Positions 1 to 7,431 are shown, counted from the stretch's first letter. The stretch is DNA of 11,280 nucleotides from Candidatus Phoenicimicrobium oleiphilum (GCA_039638295.1 JBDIWJ010000048.1:1-11280), one strand, 5' to 3'. Notes: a model not told the origin generated them from the sequence alone. A program made the numbers and translations.

Positions 1-767
1 ATAAAAACAAAAATAGTAGTTCCAAAAAAATCTACAATAGCTTCCAATGAAATAAGTCCCTTTAATTCAACTTTTGACCATATCAGCTTTAATCCATCTT
101 TTATATCAGGAAATATTCCTTTAAGCTTTCTTTTTTCTTTCTTTTTGTCCTCTGCTTTAATAAACATTTCTGATATTCCTGAAAGAATAAAACTAATTCC
201 ATCAAGCAATATTACTGCTCTCAAACCTACTAAGGAAATAAGCACCCCACCTATTGCCATCCCGATAAGTTGAGAAAGATTATTTGTCATTGAAATCAGG
301 GCATTAGCCTGGGAAAGACTGCGGTCTTCTACAGCACTTGGAATTAAAGATTGCAGGGCAGGGCTAAAAATTGTAGAACAGACCTGGATAGCAAAGACAG
401 TGGAAAATAAAACCCAGACCTGAAATAGTTTTACGTTTAAAAATAGACTCAAAAAAAGAAGTAACCCACCACTTATTAAATCAGTTACAACGAGAATATT
501 TTTCTTTTTCCATCTATCTGCCCATATCCCAGCAAATGGTGATAATATTATAGATGGAATGGCACTAGCCATCAAAATAAAACTTACCGTAGCTGCTCCT
601 CCTAACTTACTAACTGTTACCCATAATATTGAAATGAAGAATATAGCCGAACCTGTGTTGGAAACGAGTCTTCCCAAAAACAAAAGTAAAAAATCATTAT
701 TTTTTGTTAGAAGATTTAACCCTTGAAGTGCTTTTGAATGGTTTGAAATATTAACTACCTCTTTCAT
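1..767 (-). CDS. MFS transporter, DHA3/MefA-like efflux family (partial; runs off the left edge)
   Basis: Not in the ORF track. Manual translation from ATG 767 is open to the window edge: MKEVVNISNHSKALQGLNLLTKNNDFLLLFLGRLVSNTGSAIFFISILW...SPFAGIWADRWKKKNILVVTDLISG (MFS motif A, GxxADRxxKK)...IFSPALQSLIPSAV...ANAL...LDGISFILSGISEMFI. The start could instead be ATT at 749, behind GAGGT (757-761). Confidence 0.9.
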   Translation of the reverse strand, partial: MKEVVNISNHSKALQGLNLLTKNNDFLLLFLGRLVSNTGSAIFFISILWVTVSKLGGAATVSFILMASAIPSIILSPFAGIWADRWKKKNILVVTDLISGGLLLFLSLFLNVKLFQVWVLFSTVFAIQVCSTIFSPALQSLIPSAVEDRSLSQANALISMTNNLSQLIGMAIGGVLISLVGLRAVILLDGISFILSGISEMFIKAEDKKKEKRKLKGIFPDIKDGLKLIWSKVELKGLISLEAIVDFFGTTIFVF

Positions 768-880
768 ATACTGTAATAATTTTTATTTATTCCTTAACGC
801 TAATAGCATAATATAGGTGATATTTATAAAATTAACTTTATTATTCCTTAATGTCTATATTAAAACTTTTAAATATTATG

Positions 881-1351
881 TCAGCATTTATATTCCATCT
901 TTATAAATTCATCACCGCCTATTAAAGTATCCTTTTGGTAAACATCGGTTATTTCAAATCCAGCCCTTTCATAACATTTGATTGCTCGTTTATTGAAAGA
1001 CCGGACTTCTAAAGCAATCTTTTTGCTGCCATACCTCTTTTTGCACTCATTTTTTAACAATTCCATAAGCATATTGCCTAAACCTTGCCCACATGATGAA
1101 GGCTTTAATCCCAATCCAACTAAAACAAAATCCTTGTTTTCTATAAATCTTATATATCCACATAAATTATTACTCTTATCGATAACGGCAGTAAACTCAT
1201 TCTTTCTTTTTCCCTCTATTGTTATCCCCCATCTTTGTTGGTTTAGAGTATCCCAATCCGGAAAATTATAAACAGAATAAATTCCTTCGTATTTCCAAGA
1301 ACATATTTGTCTTGCATGATCTTCAGTTAAGATTTCTAATCTTAAATCCAT
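881..1351 (-). CDS. GNAT family N-acetyltransferase
   Basis: 156 aa. Acetyl-CoA-binding motif A variant (GLKPSSCGQGLG) and C-terminal LEVRSFNKRAIKCYERAGF (NxxAxxxYxxxGF). Confidence 0.9.
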   Translation of the reverse strand: MDLRLEILTEDHARQICSWKYEGIYSVYNFPDWDTLNQQRWGITIEGKRKNEFTAVIDKSNNLCGYIRFIENKDFVLVGLGLKPSSCGQGLGNMLMELLKNECKKRYGSKKIALEVRSFNKRAIKCYERAGFEITDVYQKDTLIGGDEFIKMEYKC

Positions 1352-1593
1352 TACCTATCACTTACTTTCTTTGTAATACAATATAAAGAATCTGGTTTAT
1401 CTGAAGTAAGATTCTGGCATAAGGATGAGCTTTTATGTGTATAAAAAATTAAAACTTTGATTTAAATTAGTATACTTTTAACTTTTAGCTAACATAACCC
1501 ATACGAGCACATTATATGGAGGACACGCTGGCTTTTCTTGAGAGTACCATTTTGCTATAATTTTATCACTACAGCAAGCCTTAACTCTGACTC

Positions 1594-2826
1594 TCATATT
1601 TTCTCTTTTATATTTGGGATGGTGTATAAAAATAGGCCAAAAAATACTATAAATATTCCTATTAATATCATCAGTATTCTAACGCTAACTATGTTTAAAG
1701 CATAACCACTGAGAGCAAGTGATATTGGTAAAAGTCCGTTAGTTAATGCTCCTATAATGGCAAAGACTCGTCCTCTTTTTTCATTTGGTACTGTTTTTTG
1801 GACGAATACATTTATTAATATATTAACTAATGCGAATAGGAATCCAATTTTAAATGTCAGTATAAGTATATACCATAAACTAGGAAACAATGTAAAGAGT
1901 ATAAGCAGACTACCAATCCCAACTATCCCCCATATTACTGGGATATATTTTCGCTTTATCTCAGGCGAGATAGATAAAAAAGTTCCTCCCGATACAATCC
2001 CAAGTGAAAACAATGTCATCAAGATGCCAAATTCCTTTGTACCGTATCCCAAATCCATCTTTATGTATTTTGCGAAGATCAAATCTACTGGTCCAATGAA
2101 GAAGCTCAAAGCGGTGAAAGTAATGAGACCTTTCATCAAATAATCACGCCTCAAGATGAAATGAAAACCTTCTTTCAGATCCTTTACGGTGTTCTTAATT
2201 GTTATATTAGCGGAAGGAGGAGAAGTCATCGAGATAAATATCTCGCTTATTCCCGAAAAGAAGTAAGTGATGCCATTAATCAGGAAGACAAATGGAGCTC
2301 CGAAAATAGCTATTAAGAGCCCACCGACACCAGGCCCTAAGACATTCGAAATTTGGTTTCCCGTAGTATATAGAGAATTCGCGCGTGTAAGGTATTTATA
2401 AGACACTATATTTGGAATACTCGAAATAATAGCAGGATAGAAGAAAGCCCCAGCGAATGATATCAACAATGCTATGACATAGAGATGCCCTATCTGTAAG
2501 GTACCTTTCAATGCCATTAAAGCCATCCATACAATAATAACCCCTCTAAACAAGTCTGCCAACACTATAATCCACTTTCTACTCGTTCTATCCACCACTA
2601 CTCCTGCTATTGGGCCAATTATAACACGTGGGAGTACCGAAAGGGCAAATACATTCCCAAGTACGACTGAAGACCCTGTAACATCCAGCACCCACCACAT
2701 CAAGGCTATGTTGTATATTGAATCACCGAATGCAGATACTATTTGTCCTATCCACAACAGTAAGAAATTCTTGTTAAAAAGATTCGTCTTTAGACCAACC
2801 TTTGTGCTTTCATCTTTAGTAAGTAT
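1594..2826 (-). CDS. MFS transporter, DHA3/MefA-like efflux family
   Basis: About 12 hydrophobic segments, motif A GVVVDRTSRK and C-terminal VPNEKRGRV. The ORF track starts at TTG 2757, but the frame is open upstream through the typical TM1 lead-in NKNFLLLWIGQ to an in-frame TGA at 2833-2835. GAGGT (2836-2840) lies 9 nt before ATA 2826, so the start is uncertain (2757 or 2826). Confidence 0.88.
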   Translation of the reverse strand: MLTKDESTKVGLKTNLFNKNFLLLWIGQIVSAFGDSIYNIALMWWVLDVTGSSVVLGNVFALSVLPRVIIGPIAGVVVDRTSRKWIIVLADLFRGVIIVWMALMALKGTLQIGHLYVIALLISFAGAFFYPAIISSIPNIVSYKYLTRANSLYTTGNQISNVLGPGVGGLLIAIFGAPFVFLINGITYFFSGISEIFISMTSPPSANITIKNTVKDLKEGFHFILRRDYLMKGLITFTALSFFIGPVDLIFAKYIKMDLGYGTKEFGILMTLFSLGIVSGGTFLSISPEIKRKYIPVIWGIVGIGSLLILFTLFPSLWYILILTFKIGFLFALVNILINVFVQKTVPNEKRGRVFAIIGALTNGLLPISLALSGYALNIVSVRILMILIGIFIVFFGLFLYTIPNIKEKI

Positions 2827-2881
2827 AGTTTCTCAACCTCTTTTCCTATTGTCTACTAATACCATTAATATTAATGGTATG

Positions 2882-4066
2882 CTATTCAAGAATGTCTATG
2901 GCTTCTTTATATCTTTTCTGACAAGCCAATGCAAAACTTGCTATTTGTCTTACTCCATAATTCTGAGAGATTTCAGCATATTTTAGAATTTGTTCACTAA
3001 TTCCTTCTAAAGGAGAAAATCCTTCTGTAATACTTGTTAGAAGAGCTTTTAGGTTCAATAACACATTCAATGTTCGTTCTTGTATAGGCACCAATCCATT
3101 AGAGTGAAGTTCTAATACCTTGATTTTTTTTGTTTGTTTTTGATTGCTCTGTTTTTTAATATTTAGCAATTTAGTTATTTCTTGACTTTTTTTAACTGGT
3201 AAGGAAGAAAGTAAACTATTCAAGCTAATCAAATCATTATGATTAATTAATTTATAAGTATACTCTTTTTTAGTATACAAGTCCACATATTCTTTCAATT
3301 CATTGATCGTCTTCTTCCGGGACATCAGAAAAGATGACAACCAATTTAATTCGTTCAAATTCTCTTTGTTGTTACTCTTGGGGCGACTAAAAAAATATCT
3401 TAGAGCTTTATCACTTTTTGTAGATATTACTAATGCGCTTTCCCAAAGTGGTATCAAAGCTACTCGGGCACCTTGCCTGCACAATTCATTGGCAATGCTA
3501 TAGGTAATAGATTTGGGTTTATATTTTTCTGGAAACATAAAATTAAGTGCAATATATTTCATTGATGGATCAAAACAGTGCAAAAAAACAAAACCATCTT
3601 CAGGGATATGCTTCAAATATTTTCTCAAATATTCTTCTTTATATGCTTTCTGAACATATCCATTTGTATCATACAAATCTACGACTATAGCATTAAATAG
3701 GTTATTAGGATTTAAACTATCAATGTAAGTACAAGCTTCCTTTATGACAATAGATAGATTACTATATGACAACCATCCTTTCCTTTTTAACTCTGCTATC
3801 ATTTCTTCATTGTTTTCCACGCCTATACAAGTAGGAGTTACTTTCCATTTGCTTAAAATTTCCAGCGTTGTACCTCCACCAAGTCCTAACATTAAAAACT
3901 TTTTTACTTGTGACTTATAAACTGCCCATGCAAGATAATCCCAGTAATTGAAAGTAATATTATATTTATCTGGCTTTATTGAAAAAGTCATTTGTTTTTG
4001 ATACTTTTTTCCCTTGATTTTTATTATTCTATCCTTTATCAATAGTTTTATAGACATTTCCTTCAC
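2882..4066 (-). CDS. Class I SAM-dependent methyltransferase of spermidine-synthase-like fold with a C-terminal extension
   Basis: Motif I FLMLGLGGG, acidic residue after beta2 (GVENNEEM) and FNAIVVDLYD. The C-terminal ~170 aa are unassigned and end in a TPR-like helix pair (RQIASFALACQKRYKEAIDILE). The start may be ATG 4057 rather than GTG 4066. Confidence 0.75.
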   Translation of the reverse strand: MKEMSIKLLIKDRIIKIKGKKYQKQMTFSIKPDKYNITFNYWDYLAWAVYKSQVKKFLMLGLGGGTTLEILSKWKVTPTCIGVENNEEMIAELKRKGWLSYSNLSIVIKEACTYIDSLNPNNLFNAIVVDLYDTNGYVQKAYKEEYLRKYLKHIPEDGFVFLHCFDPSMKYIALNFMFPEKYKPKSITYSIANELCRQGARVALIPLWESALVISTKSDKALRYFFSRPKSNNKENLNELNWLSSFLMSRKKTINELKEYVDLYTKKEYTYKLINHNDLISLNSLLSSLPVKKSQEITKLLNIKKQSNQKQTKKIKVLELHSNGLVPIQERTLNVLLNLKALLTSITEGFSPLEGISEQILKYAEISQNYGVRQIASFALACQKRYKEAIDILE

Positions 4067-4973
4067 TCCCCAATCTTAAGTTTAATTTTTTCACTTTGCA
4101 AAATATATTCATTGCCTTCTCATTCTTTTCAAAACTAATGTTTGTAGCCCAATTTATAACTTGCCAATGATGTCTATACCATAATCTCCAATGTTCGGGG
4201 GACTTTAATATCTCTTCTCGGAAATATTTAAAACATTTCTCTGCTCCTTCCTGAACCTTATTTGTCTCAATAAAAACAGCTGGATATATTATAAGCTCTC
4301 TTTTTCCTTCGTTAATTCTCGTTATTACTGGAATAATAGGTTTATGAAGCCTTCCCATTAATCGAAATAGCCCACTTCTTATATAAATCTTAGAAGAAAG
4401 AAAATTCACATTAATAGGTGAACTATCGTTTCCAACACCTGTATTTCCATCTAAATAAACGTAGACCCAGTTATTATTAGAGATTAATCTGTACAATTTT
4501 AATCCAATATTAACTTGCTCTGCAATAATAAATTCGACGCCTACTTTCTTATACTTCAGCTTTATTTCTTCATTATATGATTCTTGGTCCACAAGCATTA
4601 TAAATTTTAGTTTAGGAACTCTTTTTAGCAAAAGTTGGGCAACAGCACGTGGACCATATCTATAATCACCATAATGAAAACTAAGTAATATCCCCCCTTC
4701 TTTTACCCATTCCATTATATTCTCCACTCCTATAATCTTATCAAAACCTGAAAATAAATACGGATGCTTTCTATAAATATTTGTCATCATATTATGGATG
4801 CGATAATTAATCCATGTCTTTCTAATAGAAGACCTTGGTTGTATGGGAAGAATTTCTTTGATTAGATTTGAATAGCTTATAAAATAATCGAAAGAAACCC
4901 CCTTAAACTTTTCATAAAGAAGGGAGATCTTAAGGAGTTCTTTGCAAAACCATAATAATAATTTTCTATCCAT
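4029..4973 (-). CDS. LpxL/LPLAT-superfamily acyltransferase (lipid A lauroyltransferase-like)
   Basis: GGILLSFHYGDYR (cf. LpxL HxGNWE block), VYVYLDGN (cf. LxDQ), VNFL, PIIPV and the C-terminal PEHWRLWYRH (cf. PEQWxWxHRRW). Confidence 0.72.
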   Translation of the reverse strand: MDRKLLLWFCKELLKISLLYEKFKGVSFDYFISYSNLIKEILPIQPRSSIRKTWINYRIHNMMTNIYRKHPYLFSGFDKIIGVENIMEWVKEGGILLSFHYGDYRYGPRAVAQLLLKRVPKLKFIMLVDQESYNEEIKLKYKKVGVEFIIAEQVNIGLKLYRLISNNNWVYVYLDGNTGVGNDSSPINVNFLSSKIYIRSGLFRLMGRLHKPIIPVITRINEGKRELIIYPAVFIETNKVQEGAEKCFKYFREEILKSPEHWRLWYRHHWQVINWATNISFEKNEKAMNIFCKVKKLNLRLGSEGNVYKTIDKG

Positions 4974-4987
4974 CCTTATCCTAAATC

Positions 4988-6064
4988 CTACAAAAATAAT
5001 CTCTTTAGACCATCTAAACAGTATGCTAAAATTTTAATCGGTAAATCATTTTTTTCTATTCCTTTTCTAACAGAGCCTTCTACCAAATCTATTCCGCAGA
5101 AAGGGATTTTTAAGCAAAATAATCTATCTAAAAAATTTAATAATTCCATTCCCATAGGTCCTCCTGAAACGGGAGAATCAACAAAAGGGAACTCAATCGG
5201 ATTAATACAATCCAAGTCTATGCTCAAGTAGAAACAAGCTTTGGGATTTTCTTTTTTAATGTTATCTAATTTATTAAATATTTGATCTGTAGAAAAATCT
5301 AGAAATCGAAATACTTTTGGGTCTTCTTTTAATTGAAAAACAGAACGTAACCCTCTAGTACCTATTTGAAGAATCTTTTCCACTTTATCACATTTTAATA
5401 GGTGGAACACAAAGTTGCTATTATTTATATCTTCGAGAGGTATCACTCTATAGCCAGAGTCATGGTGTGCGTCAAGTATTACTAGAATGATATCTTTTCC
5501 AAACTGCTCAATAAAAGCTTTCAGAATAGCATATGTTATAGAGTGATCTCCTCCAATTGAAATTAAAACACTTTGATCAGGTAAATTTTTAACAATTGTA
5601 AAGATGACTTCATAAAGATGATTTAAACTCTCCAGGGGTAAAAGTAAATCTCCTAGATCTTTAATTTTTAAGCCCCTAAATAATTTTCTACCTTGTCCAA
5701 TATCAAAAAGTCCAGAAGTTCCATTCCCTTCTATCTGGGAGTAAATCGGGTATTTGCAACTTAATTCTCTCAAATGTTTAGGAAATTTGTCGACTGTTGT
5801 GTTTGGAGATATTGAGCCTTGCTTATATGGGATCCCCAATAACAATACGTGTGGTTGACATGGAAAATATTCTTTGCAATTAAAAAAGTTGTATGGATAT
5901 TTCTTTAGCAAATATCCTAACTCATTATAAGGATTCTTATCTTGCGTTTCCAAAGAAAGTTTATCTCGTTTTGTTTTCCAAAATTCTTCAAAATTTCCAT
6001 CCGTAACTATGAGTTTTCCTTCTCCAGAATAAAAAATGTATTCAGGCTTTTTTATGGTCTCCAT
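4988..6064 (-). CDS. Arginase/agmatinase (ureohydrolase) family protein; candidate peptide arginase
   Basis: Mn-binding motifs GGDHS, DAHHD and SIDLDCINP, plus LLGIPY, DLGD, QIGTRG and PVSGG. About 70 aa of N-terminal extension precede the fold. Confidence 0.88.
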   Translation of the reverse strand: METIKKPEYIFYSGEGKLIVTDGNFEEFWKTKRDKLSLETQDKNPYNELGYLLKKYPYNFFNCKEYFPCQPHVLLLGIPYKQGSISPNTTVDKFPKHLRELSCKYPIYSQIEGNGTSGLFDIGQGRKLFRGLKIKDLGDLLLPLESLNHLYEVIFTIVKNLPDQSVLISIGGDHSITYAILKAFIEQFGKDIILVILDAHHDSGYRVIPLEDINNSNFVFHLLKCDKVEKILQIGTRGLRSVFQLKEDPKVFRFLDFSTDQIFNKLDNIKKENPKACFYLSIDLDCINPIEFPFVDSPVSGGPMGMELLNFLDRLFCLKIPFCGIDLVEGSVRKGIEKNDLPIKILAYCLDGLKRLFL

Positions 6065-6644
6065 AAAATAAACCTTTCTTATAAATACGAATTAATTTTT
6101 CGATAATCCTTATTATAATTGTAGTGCTAATTACTCCCAAAGATAAATTAAATATACCCTTGTGATCAATAGCATTTTGTACTATAAGTATTTCTGAAAT
6201 AACTCCACTTGTATACAAAATATAAAATATTGTCCATTGAGCAAGTCTAAACAATTTATTCATCAGTTTTCTATTCCATTTAGATGTTATTTGGAAGATA
6301 TAATAGCCATCTGAGGGTTTAACCGGGACAATATTTAAAGCAATAACCCCTAAATATAAGAAACTAAACAACTTAAGATTTGGAAAAATATTTTGTAATA
6401 AAAAAGCAAAATTAAACAAAAACTGAAACGTAAATCCTGCACTTGTTAGCACTAATTTTTTCATATCAGAGATATCAATATCAAATTTTATTTTACTATA
6501 GTACAAGGGAGGAACTTTTTTTACAATTACTATTTTCCCATTTCCACCTATAAAGTATGCTGTAATTAAATGGCCAGCTTCATGAAGCAAAGGCATAAAC
6601 AATATATAAAAGATAATTAATATACTTTCCAAAATCATTTCCAT
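6042..6644 (-). CDS. Site-2 protease / peptidase M50 family membrane zinc metallopeptidase
   Basis: HEAGH (HExxH) in TM1, NIVPVKPSDG (NxxPxxxxDG third Zn ligand) and several TM segments. Overlaps the next gene by 23 nt. Confidence 0.85.
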   Translation of the reverse strand: MEMILESILIIFYILFMPLLHEAGHLITAYFIGGNGKIVIVKKVPPLYYSKIKFDIDISDMKKLVLTSAGFTFQFLFNFAFLLQNIFPNLKLFSFLYLGVIALNIVPVKPSDGYYIFQITSKWNRKLMNKLFRLAQWTIFYILYTSGVISEILIVQNAIDHKGIFNLSLGVISTTIIIRIIEKLIRIYKKGLFYGDHKKA

Positions 6645-6701
6645 TATACTTTCTTGGATATTTTAATTTAATGCTTAAATTTGAATAAAATGTAAAGCAA
6701 T

Positions 6702-6737
6702 TGACATAGAGGCAACTTTAAAGTTGCCTCTATGTCA
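6702..6737. terminator. Perfect 36-bp inverted repeat after the precursor gene (leaky terminator or mRNA-stabilising hairpin)
   Basis: TGACATAGAGGCAACTTT/AAAGTTGCCTCTATGTCA is an exact 18+18 palindrome, 14 nt after the TAG of the 32-aa ORF. Only an interrupted U-tract (ATTGCTTTACATTTT) follows on the minus strand. Confidence 0.75.
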
Positions 6738-6751
6738 TAAAGCTGTTTACT

Positions 6752-6850
6752 CTAGCATCTAATAACACATCTGATCACGTTACATTCTAAATCTTCCAAT
6801 TCTTTAGGATCAATTTTTTCTAATTCCTTTTTCTTCTCATTTTTACTCAT
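6752..6850 (-). CDS. Small peptide, putative RiPP precursor (32 aa: MSKNEKKKELEKIDPKELEDLECNVIRCVIRC)
   Basis: Manual translation from ATG 6850 to TAG 6752-6754. SD AAAGGAGGTGA ends 8 nt upstream. A charged leader-like N-terminus precedes a Cys/Arg repeat C-terminus. It is followed by a hairpin and is the first gene before the tailoring enzymes. Confidence 0.85.
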   Translation of the reverse strand: MSKNEKKKELEKIDPKELEDLECNVIRCVIRC

Positions 6851-6891
6851 TGTGGAACTCACCTCCTTTCTTGTAATTTTTCATCTCTTAC

Positions 6892-6920
6892 AACATATAA
6901 AGGTAGAACTATTACTGCAA
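6892..6920 (-). promoter_or_regulatory. Candidate sigma70-type promoter for the precursor operon
   Basis: TTGCAG (6920-6915), 17 nt spacer, TATGTT (6897-6892), about 40 nt upstream of the precursor ATG. Imperfect matches in AT-rich DNA. Confidence 0.35.
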
Positions 6921-7094
6921 CATTGAATAGCATCACTCACCTGCTACCAAACAATTTTGACAAATAATTTAGTGCATAATACAAACATTGTCTTTAGTTG
7001 CTGTTTTTGCATTCTCCCAACATTGTCCAACTGATTTTTCCCTTGAAACATGATGCCATTAGTAATAAGGAACGGGGCTATGAACATTTCCTAC

Positions 7095-7232
7095 TTATCT
7101 CTCCACCATAACAACCACAGGTGAAAAACTCTGTACCTGTTGGCTATCAGAAGATGGATCTCCTAAAGCTACGCTATTTATACATAAGCTAAGACTAAGA
7201 GCAAGAGCTACGGCAATGAAAAGTTTTTTCAT
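7095..7232 (-). CDS. Small secreted peptide, putative quorum-sensing propeptide (45 aa: MKKLFIAVALALSLSLCINSVALGDPSSDSQQVQSFSPVVVMVER)
   Basis: Manual translation from ATG 7232 to TAA 7095-7097, with SD GGGAG upstream. Classic Sec signal: MKK, a hydrophobic h-region and a SVA/ALG cleavage-like site, then a ~21-aa tail. Divergent from the TPR+HTH regulator. Confidence 0.78.
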   Translation of the reverse strand: MKKLFIAVALALSLSLCINSVALGDPSSDSQQVQSFSPVVVMVER

Positions 7233-7376
7233 TTATATCTCTCCCTAATATTTATATTTTTTTGAGTATATACCTCTCCATATGACTTTCAAATTTGGCA
7301 GGCCCTAGAACGCCTATGAAATAAAGGTTTGAAGGGCATAATTTTTATGTATTTTTGGCATTTATAAAAATTCGGT

Positions 7377-7426
7377 TTGTAAGGGAACAGTAATGTGTTA
7401 AAATAGAAGTGTAATTTGAGGGAGGT
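7377..7426 (+). promoter_or_regulatory. Candidate promoter and RBS of the regulator
   Basis: TTGTAA (7377-7382), 16 nt spacer, TAAAAT (7399-7404) with an extended TG at 7396-7397. SD GGAGGT at 7421-7426, 5 nt before ATG 7432. Confidence 0.5.
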
Positions 7427-7431
7427 TACAT

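Noticed and set aside
978..3503. Plus-strand ORFs 978-1271, 1757-2143, 2708-2986 and 3303-3503
   Set aside because: Antisense shadows of well-supported minus-strand genes, with no motifs.
2882..6064. Housekeeping polyamine operon (speB + speE)
   Set aside because: The transferase lacks the GGGDG motif, the ureohydrolase lacks the usual His loop, no speA/speD is present, and the peptidase and precursor context is unexplained. Disfavoured but not formally excluded.
4029..6850. Hydroxamate siderophore-like product from acyl-ornithine
   Set aside because: No ornithine N-hydroxylase or siderophore uptake genes in the window.
6881..6940. Tiny Cys-rich minus-strand ORF (GTG start) SDAIQCCSNSSTFICCKR as a second precursor
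   Set aside because: No SD, only 19 codons and no leader. It overlaps the candidate promoter. Revisit only if conserved in homologous loci.
6944..7087. 47-aa minus-strand ORF MFIAPFLITNG...KLFVKIVW between the two peptide genes
   Set aside because: No properly spaced SD and no leader/core or signal pattern. It overlaps the likely regulatory region.
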